From: Parcubacteria group bacterium
GTDB lineage: Bacteria > Patescibacteriota > Minisyncoccia > Moranbacterales > UBA2206
Assembly (NCBI GenBank): GCA_041662285.1
Contig: JBAZSS010000003.1
Coordinates: 1 to 45,661, forward strand
Length of the DNA: 45,661 nt
Reading direction: 5' to 3'
Positions 15,234 to 23,014 of this stretch are shown here, piece by piece. How positions within the stretch are numbered: position 1 is the first letter of the stretch; every line of letters begins with the position of its first letter. The position numbers and the translations under genes were made by a program. The notes below the pieces were generated by a model. The model worked only from the letters and a program-made list of their open reading frames with translations. It was not told where the DNA came from and ran no database searches.

Positions 15234-16214
15234 ATGAAATTAGCTTCTTTATTTACAGGTGCGGGTGGATTAGATTTAGGTTTTGAAAGAGCTGGTTTTC
15301 ATGTTGTTTGGGCAAATGAATATGACCCTACAATTTGGGAAACATTTGAGCATAATTTTCCTAAAACAAAATTAGACAAAAGAAGTATTGTAGATGTTCC
15401 AGCGTCTGAAATTCCAGATGTTGACGGAATAATCGGCGGACCACCATGTCAGAGTTGGAGTGAGGCAGGAGCTGGTCGCGGAATAAATGATAAGAGAGGG
15501 CAGTTGTTTTATGACTATATCCGTTTGTTAAAAGAAAAACAGCCAAAATTTTTTCTTGCAGAAAATGTTTCAGGTATTCTACACCCAAAACACAAAGAAG
15601 CATTTTCAAACATAATCAAAGAATTTGAAAATGCTGGCTATGAGATTTCATGCAAATTACTAAATGCAAATGATTATGATGTCCCAGAAGATAGACTTCG
15701 CGTTATTATTGTGGGTTATCATAAAAGACTAAAAAATAAATTTGAATTTCCAGAGCCACAAAAATACAAACCAGTGTTAAGAGACGCTATTTTTGATTTG
15801 CGCTTGGCAAAGCCAGCAAAGGATAAAAACAAGACAAATGGTGATGAACTAAAAATTCCAAACCATGAATATATGAATGGTGGTTTTTCTTCAATTTATA
15901 TGTCAAGAAATCGAGTGCGTTCATGGGATGAACCTTCTTTCACAATTCAAGCTGGCGGTCGCCATGCTCCAATTCACCCGCAAGCACCAAAAATGAAATT
16001 TATAAGCCAAAATGAAAGAATTTTTGTTCCTGGCAAAGAAAATTTATATCGTCGCTTATCTGTTCGTGAATGTGCAAGAATACAAACATTCCCTGACGAT
16101 TTTATTTTCAAATATCGTGATATTGCTGATGGATATAAAATGATAGGAAATGCAGTTGCAGTAAATTTTGCTCATCATTTAGCGAAAAAAATTTATGAAG
16201 ATCTGAAAATATAG
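15234..16214 (+). CDS. DNA (cytosine-5)-methyltransferase, M.HaeIII-like (probable GGCC specificity)
   Basis: FTGAGGLDLGF (motif I), GGPPCQSWS (IV), ENV (VI), QTFPDDF and GNAV (IX/X). The variable region DKNKTNG..PNHEY..MSRNRVR.W.EP.FT.QA.GR...HPQAP...LYRRLSVRECARIQ resembles M.HaeIII as I recall it. Confidence 0.93.
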   Translation: MKLASLFTGAGGLDLGFERAGFHVVWANEYDPTIWETFEHNFPKTKLDKRSIVDVPASEIPDVDGIIGGPPCQSWSEAGAGRGINDKRGQLFYDYIRLLKEKQPKFFLAENVSGILHPKHKEAFSNIIKEFENAGYEISCKLLNANDYDVPEDRLRVIIVGYHKRLKNKFEFPEPQKYKPVLRDAIFDLRLAKPAKDKNKTNGDELKIPNHEYMNGGFSSIYMSRNRVRSWDEPSFTIQAGGRHAPIHPQAPKMKFISQNERIFVPGKENLYRRLSVRECARIQTFPDDFIFKYRDIADGYKMIGNAVAVNFAHHLAKKIYEDLKI

Positions 16215-16280
16215 AGATAAAAAAGTAAAATTTTGAATGTTGATTGATAATTAATAAATAATTTTTCTAAAAATAATTTT

Positions 16281-16913
16281 ATGTCAAAAAAAACAAAAAA
16301 AGAGGTGGTCGTAGTGAAAGAACTTTCGCAAGGCGAGTTGCAAAAGTTGGCACATTCTGGCACAAAAGAAGCTATTGAGAAAATTGAAAAATATATCAAA
16401 ATAGAAAAAGATTATGATAAGCGTGCTTATGCCGAAATGGCTCTGGAAGAGTGCGAAATGTTTTTTTATCAACCAAAAAACGAAAAAGAAGATGAAGAAT
16501 TTACATTGAGCGAACTAATTAGAAGAAAAGAGCGCTATATCGATGACCAAACAATGAAAATGTGTGATATCAAAGAAAGAATTGAGAAGTTGATGTTGGA
16601 GAAAAAAGTGCATGAAAAAGTTTTGGCAAAACACAAAAACAAAAAAGAAGAATGGAAATATAATTGGATGCAAGATTTTGTGTCGATGGAAGAAAACGAA
16701 TTGCATAAAATTGAAGAAGACCTCGGATATGACGAAGCTTGGGTGGCTGAGGCTAAAAAAATGATTACTACTGCTCGGTATAAGAATATGCCAGCTCGCC
16801 AGCTCGGACATTTCAATTTCAACTTTGGCGAAGATTATTTTGATGATGAAAAAGATGATTGTGATTGTGAAAATAATTGTGATTGCGAGGATGTTTTTAA
16901 GGGGATGGTATAA
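16281..16913 (+). CDS. Hypothetical acidic coiled-coil protein with a Cys/Asp-rich tail (210 aa)
   Basis: Long ORF with charged helical sequence. The C-terminus DDEKDDCDCENNCDCED is encoded by repeated GATTGT units. Confidence 0.55.
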   Translation: MSKKTKKEVVVVKELSQGELQKLAHSGTKEAIEKIEKYIKIEKDYDKRAYAEMALEECEMFFYQPKNEKEDEEFTLSELIRRKERYIDDQTMKMCDIKERIEKLMLEKKVHEKVLAKHKNKKEEWKYNWMQDFVSMEENELHKIEEDLGYDEAWVAEAKKMITTARYKNMPARQLGHFNFNFGEDYFDDEKDDCDCENNCDCEDVFKGMV

Positions 16914-16935
16914 AATAAAATACGAAAATATAATT

Positions 16936-17709
16936 ATGTCTGAATATTATAAAGCCAATCGAACTAGAAATATTTATGATCCAAAAAGCGGGGAGGCTTT
17001 CAAGCTGTCGCGGTCGAGAATTGAAAATTTTATGCATTGTCCAAAATGTTTCTATTTGGATCGAAGGCTGGGAATTGGCCAGCCACCGGGATTTCCGTTT
17101 AATTTAAATTCAGCAGTGGACAAACTTTTGAAAAAAGAATTCGACATTCATCGAGCCAAAAAGATTGCTCATCCACTCATGAAAGCTTATGGACTTTCAG
17201 CCGTACCATTCCAACACAAAATGTTGGATGAGTGGCGAGAAAATTTCAAGGGCGTGCAGTTTTATCACAAACCGACTAATCTCATCATTACGGGCGCCGT
17301 GGATGATTTGTGGCAAGATGAGAATGGAGAAATCATTGTGGTTGACTACAAGGCTACAAGCAAAGATGCGAAAGTGTCACTGGATGCCGATTGGCAAGAT
17401 GGATATAAGCGACAAATGGAAATTTATCAATGGTTACTACGAAAAAATGGCTTGGATGTTTCCAATACCGGATATTTTGTCTATTGCAATGGCAAAACAG
17501 ACAAAGAAGCTTTTGATGCTAAATTAGAATTCGATATTGATTTGTTGCCATATACCGGCGATGATTCTTGGGTGGAAAATACTTTATTGGAAATCAAAAA
17601 ATGTTTAGACGGCGAAATGCCACAACCAGACAAGGATTGTGATTTTTGTAACTATCGAAAAGCAGTTGGGGAAATAGAAAATGAATTGCAGAAAAAACTA
17701 ATATTTTGA
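16936..17709 (+). CDS. PD-(D/E)XK nuclease, Cas4/RecB-like with four-Cys cluster
   Basis: N-terminal CPKC, GAVDDL, VVDYK, QMEIYQWL (QxxxY) and C-terminal C..CDFC. I prefer the ATG at 16936. The track ORF from 16825 overlaps the upstream gene. Confidence 0.75.
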   Translation: MSEYYKANRTRNIYDPKSGEAFKLSRSRIENFMHCPKCFYLDRRLGIGQPPGFPFNLNSAVDKLLKKEFDIHRAKKIAHPLMKAYGLSAVPFQHKMLDEWRENFKGVQFYHKPTNLIITGAVDDLWQDENGEIIVVDYKATSKDAKVSLDADWQDGYKRQMEIYQWLLRKNGLDVSNTGYFVYCNGKTDKEAFDAKLEFDIDLLPYTGDDSWVENTLLEIKKCLDGEMPQPDKDCDFCNYRKAVGEIENELQKKLIF

Positions 17710-17830
17710 AAGCTCAACGAATATTATAAGTTAAAAATAATAAGTGTTAATTGATGTAGAAAATGCTTTTTTTAAATTTGTATTGATTAAATTTAAGACG
17801 CGTGCTATAAAGAAGGGGAATAAAAAAGAA

Positions 17831-19252
17831 ATGGAAGAAAAAGCATCATATTTTACTCGATTTTTCAAAAAAAGCCTTGAAAACAATGCCTTTCCTTTTA
17901 CGGTGGCTGTTTCAAGTCTAGCACTATTTTTTGTAAGTCAGCAAAATTTTTTACTTTTTCATTTGTTTGTAGAGGTGTTTACAACCGTTATCGCTTTTGG
18001 AATATTTGTGATCGCTTGGTCGTCTCGTCGATATATTGACAATAATTTCCTATTGATTTTGGGGATAGGATATTTTTTTATCGGGGTTTTAGATTTAATT
18101 CATATGTTAAGTTATAAGGGTATGCCGGCATTTTCCAGTTATACCACTGATCTGCCGACCCAACTTTGGCTTTCAGCCAGATATATGGAAGCGCTTACAT
18201 TTTTAGGAGCGCTTTTATTTTTGAAAAAAGATTCAAAAAGCGAACCTAGAATTCCAACAGGAAAATCTGAAATAATATTCCTTTCTTATTTTTTCGTTTT
18301 TGCGTTAATTATAATGTCTATTTTCTATTGGAAATTTTTTCCGGCGACGTATATTGAAGGAGGAGGACTTACAGCTTTCAAAAAAAACAGTGAATATATA
18401 ATATCTATTATCTTCTTGATATCCGTCGGGCTCATTTTTTGGAAAAAAGAAAGATTTGATTCCAAGATGGTTAGTTTTCTTTCTTTCGCGCTTATTATAA
18501 AAGCAGTTTCAGAATTTTTGTTTACTGAATATGCCGGTGTTTTCGATTTTTCTAATATACTTGGGCATTTACTAAAGTTTATTTCTTTTGCACTTTTATA
18601 CAAAGCAGTTTTAGAAATCGGGCTTATGAATCCCTATCAGTTTCTTTTCCTTGATTTAAAAAAAAGTCAAGCGGAATACCGTGCGACGCAAAGTGAATTG
18701 CAAAGAAGAATTGAGGAACATTTAGACGAAGCCTATAGGCATTTGGGAACAACTAATAGAAAAATATCGCTTCTTTTAGAAATAGAGGAAAATTCGCAGA
18801 AAAACAAGAATCGGGATGAAATCATAGAACATATAGTAAGTTTGGCTAAAAGTGCTTCGCATGCGAAAAAAGCTTTGCTTTATCGCAGTGAAAGAGACGG
18901 TTTATTTTCTCTTATTGCAGGAAGGGGATATGATGAAGACGAGTTAAAAAATCTTAAGAACATTTCTTTTTCCCAAGCGAATTTTCTAAAGAATCTTATG
19001 GAAGAAAAAAAACGGATAAATTCTTCCTGTGATCTTTTTGAATTAAGCTATTTGAATCACAATAAGAAAATAAGTTATTTTGTAGTGCTTCCGCTTATTT
19101 ATGAAAAAGTTTGTGCCGGATTTTTATTTTTAGGCTTCGAAAAAAGAAAATCTATGGATGCTCATGAGCTGGAATTTTTGGATGTTTTTTCAGTGCATGC
19201 TTCAACTGCTCTTGCTCGACTCAAAGTAATTCGAAAAAATAATAATTTGTAA
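17831..19252 (+). CDS. Polytopic membrane sensor-like protein: N-terminal multi-TM domain (MASE3-like) plus C-terminal GAF-like domain, with no recognisable output domain
   Basis: Roughly 8 TM segments, then a coiled coil and a ~150-aa alpha/beta region resembling GAF. I saw no H-box, GGDEF, EAL or HD-GYP motifs. I prefer the ATG at 17831 (GGGGA upstream). Confidence 0.6.
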   Translation: MEEKASYFTRFFKKSLENNAFPFTVAVSSLALFFVSQQNFLLFHLFVEVFTTVIAFGIFVIAWSSRRYIDNNFLLILGIGYFFIGVLDLIHMLSYKGMPAFSSYTTDLPTQLWLSARYMEALTFLGALLFLKKDSKSEPRIPTGKSEIIFLSYFFVFALIIMSIFYWKFFPATYIEGGGLTAFKKNSEYIISIIFLISVGLIFWKKERFDSKMVSFLSFALIIKAVSEFLFTEYAGVFDFSNILGHLLKFISFALLYKAVLEIGLMNPYQFLFLDLKKSQAEYRATQSELQRRIEEHLDEAYRHLGTTNRKISLLLEIEENSQKNKNRDEIIEHIVSLAKSASHAKKALLYRSERDGLFSLIAGRGYDEDELKNLKNISFSQANFLKNLMEEKKRINSSCDLFELSYLNHNKKISYFVVLPLIYEKVCAGFLFLGFEKRKSMDAHELEFLDVFSVHASTALARLKVIRKNNNL

Positions 19253-19464
19253 TAATTAATGCAGACAGATATGTCCGTAATGGGATGATTTTCGCCAAAT
19301 AAAAAAGCCCTCAATTCTGGCATGAGCGTGTGGATCCCTTGAAAAATGTATCGGAAAAAAATATTTTTCCCTATAAATCTAGGTGGGTTCCAATTTTTCA
19401 CTCTTCCGTCGTGAAGGCCTTTTCAATTCAAGTATAATATAAATTAGGAAATATTTCAAAATAA

Positions 19465-19725
19465 ATGTATTATCTATATATCCTGAGATGCGCTGACAAA
19501 ACTCTCTATACTGGAATCACCACTGATTTGAAACGGAGAATTTTGGAGCATAATGAAAAAAAACTTGGAGCAAGATATACTGCTTCGCGTCGGCCGGTAA
19601 AGTTGGTATATTCCAAGAAATTCAAAAGTCGATCCTTGGCTTCCAAGGAAGAAGCGAGGATTAAGAAATTAAAAAGAGTGCAAAAATTAGAATTAATTAA
19701 AAATTTAAAATATGCAAAACTATAA
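19465..19725 (+). CDS. GIY-YIG nuclease superfamily protein (UPF0213/YhbQ-like)
   Basis: MYYLYILRC..KTLYTGITTDLKRRILEHN. Length 86 aa. Confidence 0.85.
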   Translation: MYYLYILRCADKTLYTGITTDLKRRILEHNEKKLGARYTASRRPVKLVYSKKFKSRSLASKEEARIKKLKRVQKLELIKNLKYAKL

Positions 19726-20107
19726 TTGGTACTCACAATTAATTAAACCGACTTGGTCTCCGCCGGCTTGGCTTTTTGGTCCAGTCTGGACTTTTCTCTA
19801 CGCGCTAATTGCCATTTCTTTTGGCAAGGTTTTTTGGATGACACTCAAAAAACAAATTCCTTTCTTAGTAGCGTTGCCGTTTGTTCTAAATCTGATTTTC
19901 AACTTTTCTTTCACCCCCATTCAATTCGGATTAAAAAACAATCTCTTGGCAGCGGTGGATATTCTATTAGTACTAGGAACGCTTATTTGGGCGATGGTGG
20001 CAATCTATCCGCACTCAAAATGGATTACTTATATCCAAATCCCATATCTTCTTTGGGTGTCATTTGCAACTATTTTGCAACTCACAATTACGTATTTAAA
20101 TAAGTAA
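19712..20107 (+). CDS. TspO/MBR family tryptophan-rich sensory protein (short form)
   Basis: LIKPTWSPPAWLFGPVWTFLY motif and multiple TM segments. Confidence 0.75.
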   Translation: MQNYNWYSQLIKPTWSPPAWLFGPVWTFLYALIAISFGKVFWMTLKKQIPFLVALPFVLNLIFNFSFTPIQFGLKNNLLAAVDILLVLGTLIWAMVAIYPHSKWITYIQIPYLLWVSFATILQLTITYLNK

Positions 20108-20173
20108 TTTTTTGAAATATAAAAAATATTCAATGGTATTAATTTTGTGTAAATAATAAATAATAAAAAACAT

Positions 20174-20572
20174 ATGAAAGGATTCATGGGAAACATCGAG
20201 AAGGACACTCTCGAGAATGAAAACTTTAGAAAGGTTTTGTACACTGGCAAGCATAGTCAGTTGGTGCTGATGAGTTTGGCACCAAAGGAAGAAATTGGTA
20301 TGGAAGTTCATGAGGACAATGATCAATTTTTCCGTTTTGAAAAAGGTGAGGGAAAGGTGCTTATTGATGGTAATGAATATGCGGTAGGGGACGGCGTGGC
20401 GATTGTCGTGCCGGCAGGAGCCCAGCATAATGTGATTAATGTTTCCGAAACAGAGGAATTAAAGCTTTATACAATTTATTCTCCCGCGCATCATCAAGAC
20501 GGCATTGTTCGCCATACTAAAGCCGAAGCCGAAAGTAATGAGGCGGAATTTGACGGAAAAACGACGGAATAA
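20174..20572 (+). CDS. Cupin domain protein
   Basis: G.EVHEDNDQFF..EGEG...G....V..G..IVVPAGAQHNV matches the cupin_2 motifs. Confidence 0.8.
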   Translation: MKGFMGNIEKDTLENENFRKVLYTGKHSQLVLMSLAPKEEIGMEVHEDNDQFFRFEKGEGKVLIDGNEYAVGDGVAIVVPAGAQHNVINVSETEELKLYTIYSPAHHQDGIVRHTKAEAESNEAEFDGKTTE

Positions 20573-20589
20573 TTTTGGTTTATTCTTTA

Positions 20590-20626
20590 AAAACCGGTCC
20601 TTTAAAATGAGGCCGGTTTTGTTTTT
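20590..20626 (+). terminator. Probable terminator
   Basis: AAAACCGG (20590-20597) / CCGGTTTT (20613-20620), followed by GTTTTT. Confidence 0.5.
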
Positions 20627-20722
20627 CTGTGTTAATTTTTTGAAATTGACGTGGGGTTTACTTTTGTTTTATCTAATACTATACTTATATTAGTAAGTTG
20701 TTTAACTATTTAAATAAAACCT

Positions 20723-21325
20723 ATGTCAGAAATATTGGAAATTCTTTTCGGTTCCAAGGAGCGAGCACGGCTTTTGCGTTTTTTTCTGCAAAACCCAGAA
20801 CCAGTTTTTAGTTTTTCGGATATTATTTCGAGAAATATGCTAAACTCAGGAAGAAGTAAAAGTGAGTTAAATAGTTTAGCGAATATAAAATTTATCCTAA
20901 AACGAACCAAAGCCGGAAAAACTTTCTATCAGCTTAATCAAGATTTCAATTTTTATCCAGAACTGAAAAATCTTATCGCTAAATCGAATGTTTATCCGCA
21001 ATGTCAAAGTCTTTCCAAAATAGCCAAAATTGGCAATGTTAAATTGGCTTTGATAAGCGGAGTGTTTATCAATTATGCTAAAAGTAAAGCGGATATGATA
21101 ATTGTGGGGGACGCCGTAAGCAAGGCTAGGCTCAAAAATCTCATGAGTAGCCTAGAAGCGGAAATTGGCAAGGAAATCAATTTTGTTTTGATGACAATGG
21201 ATGAATTCAAATATCGCCTCAATATGCTGGACAAATTTGTTTTAGAATTTCTTGAAGGTCCGCACGAAGAGGTGATCAATAAAATTTCCGGACTAAAAAG
21301 ATTTATCGCGCAAAGAAAGCTATAA
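20723..21325 (+). CDS. Hypothetical protein with a possible N-terminal winged-helix domain (200 aa)
   Basis: Clean ORF. The N-terminal ERARLLRFFLQNP...FSFSDI pattern resembles wHTH regulators. Family uncertain. Confidence 0.5.
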   Translation: MSEILEILFGSKERARLLRFFLQNPEPVFSFSDIISRNMLNSGRSKSELNSLANIKFILKRTKAGKTFYQLNQDFNFYPELKNLIAKSNVYPQCQSLSKIAKIGNVKLALISGVFINYAKSKADMIIVGDAVSKARLKNLMSSLEAEIGKEINFVLMTMDEFKYRLNMLDKFVLEFLEGPHEEVINKISGLKRFIAQRKL

Positions 21326-21328
21326 CGC

Positions 21329-21385
21329 GATGCGAAACTACGAATGACATGCGCCTGCCTGCCGGTAGGCAGGAATCTACGAATA
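21329..21385. repeat. TACGAAT-family intergenic repeat, copy 2
   Basis: GCGAAACTACGAAT at 21332-21345 and GAATCTACGAAT at 21373-21384. They flank a GC hairpin CCTGCCT (21354-21360) / AGGCAGG (21367-21373). Confidence 0.75.
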
Positions 21386-21395
21386 AAATAAAAAA

Positions 21396-22484
21396 ATGTT
21401 AAATATTTTAATCATACTTTTAATCGTGATAAGTGCTGGGTTGATCTGGCTGATTTTGGATGTGAAGAAGAAGATTGATGGTAATCGGGATGGGGAAAAA
21501 TCGGTGGCGATTCTGGAACGGTTGTCTATGATGGCTGAGCAAAATCGTGAACTTAGGCGAACGATGGATTCCAAACTTTCTGAAACGCATAGGGCAACTC
21601 AAGAACAATTGGGACAAACAATGAAAACAGCTCAAGGAATTGCCAGCCAATCAGTGCGGTCTATCTCGGAAATAACAGAAAAATTGACGAAATTAGAGGA
21701 AACGAACAAGCAAGTGATAAACTTTTCCGCGCAATTACAAAATCTGCAGGATATCTTGAAAAATCCAAAGCAACGAGGTGTGCTCGGTGAATATTTTCTA
21801 GAAGAAACATTGAAAAATGTGTTGCCACCGAATTCCTATCAAATGCAATATCCCTTCAAGGACGGTACCATTGTGGATGCAGTAGTTTTTGTCAAAAAAA
21901 ATGTTATTCCAGTTGACTCAAAATTTTCTTTGGAAAATTATGAAAAGATTCTAAATTGCAAAGATAGTGAAGAAAGAGAAAGGCTAGAAAAAGTTTTCAA
22001 ACAAGATTTGAAAAACAGGATTGATGAAACCTCAAAATATATCAAACCGTCAGAGGGGACAATGGATTTTGCTTTTATGTTTATCCCTTCCGAAGCTATC
22101 TATTATGACCTTTTGATCAACAAAGTTGGCGCAGTACAAGTCAACACTCGCGATCTCATCGAATATGCTTTTCAAGACAAAAAAGTGATCATAGTTTCCC
22201 CAACTTCTTTCCTCGCATATTTGCAAACTGTGCTTCAGGGTCTGCGAGCTTTTCAAATTGAAGAAAGCGCCAAGACTATTCGAACTAATGTGGAAAAGCT
22301 CGGCAGGCATATTGTGGCTTTTGAAGATTATATGAAAAAATTGGGCAATGGTTTGGGCACAACCGTCAACCAATATAATATCGCCTACAAGGAATTGGGA
22401 AAAATTGACAAAGATGTGGCGCGCATCACCGAAGGAGAAAAAATTATCGAACCAATATCACTGGAAAAACCAAAAGAAGAATAA
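21396..22484 (+). CDS. rmuC: DNA recombination protein RmuC
   Basis: N-terminal TM helix, a long coiled coil and KQRGVLGEYFLE...FMFIPSEAIY, typical of RmuC. Confidence 0.88.
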   Translation: MLNILIILLIVISAGLIWLILDVKKKIDGNRDGEKSVAILERLSMMAEQNRELRRTMDSKLSETHRATQEQLGQTMKTAQGIASQSVRSISEITEKLTKLEETNKQVINFSAQLQNLQDILKNPKQRGVLGEYFLEETLKNVLPPNSYQMQYPFKDGTIVDAVVFVKKNVIPVDSKFSLENYEKILNCKDSEERERLEKVFKQDLKNRIDETSKYIKPSEGTMDFAFMFIPSEAIYYDLLINKVGAVQVNTRDLIEYAFQDKKVIIVSPTSFLAYLQTVLQGLRAFQIEESAKTIRTNVEKLGRHIVAFEDYMKKLGNGLGTTVNQYNIAYKELGKIDKDVARITEGEKIIEPISLEKPKEE

Positions 22485-22488
22485 GTAT

Positions 22489-22908
22489 ATGGAAAACAAA
22501 TTAAAAATTAAAATAAACAATAACTCAAAAAAAAGCTTAATTTATAAATTCAAGCTTTTTTTCAACCAAGAATTTTTCAAAAATCACATTGTGCTTTGGC
22601 TTTTGATTTTTAATTTTTTGGCTAATCTAACTAATTGGATAATTCTGGCAATTTTTATCAATAAGACCCAGAGGAACATAATTTTGCACTACAATGTCTA
22701 TTTTGGAGTGGATAATCTCGGAAATTGGAAACAATCTTTTTTAGCGCCAGCCATCGGTCTATTTTTATTTTTAGTAAATTTTAGCTTGGCTTTTTTCTTC
22801 TATAAAAACAGAGAAAGAATCGCCAGCTACAGCTTGCTTCTAGCTTCAGTTATTATTCAAATAAACTTGATAATTTCTTCGGTTAGTGTTATACTAATAA
22901 ACTATTAA
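22489..22908 (+). CDS. Hypothetical membrane protein (139 aa)
   Basis: The ATG at 22489 comes right after the rmuC stop. Three hydrophobic segments. The track ORF from 22348 overlaps rmuC. Confidence 0.55.
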   Translation: MENKLKIKINNNSKKSLIYKFKLFFNQEFFKNHIVLWLLIFNFLANLTNWIILAIFINKTQRNIILHYNVYFGVDNLGNWKQSFLAPAIGLFLFLVNFSLAFFFYKNRERIASYSLLLASVIIQINLIISSVSVILINY

Positions 22909-22915
22909 TTAAAAC

Positions 22916-23010
22916 CGATGCGAATCTACGAATTCGATGCGAATCTACGAATAATCTTGAGGGATGATTCGCATGTCCGGCATTCGTAGCGCCGGTTCGC
23001 GAAGCGAATA
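22916..23010. repeat. TACGAAT-family intergenic repeat, copy 3 (19-bp tandem duplication plus inverted partners)
   Basis: CGATGCGAATCTACGAAT at 22916-22933 and again at 22935-22952. GATTCGCAT is at 22966-22974, ATTCGTAG at 22982-22989, and a CCGGC/GCCGG stem at 22977-22995. Confidence 0.8.
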
Positions 23011-23014
23011 ACTT

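Noticed and set aside
19253-19464. Possible small RNA or gene remnant in the 212-nt spacer after the sensor gene
   Set aside because: It contains only weak AT-rich hairpins (GGAAAAA...TTTTTCC) and no conserved RNA motif that I recognise. No ORF has a ribosome binding site. The evidence is too thin to call a feature.
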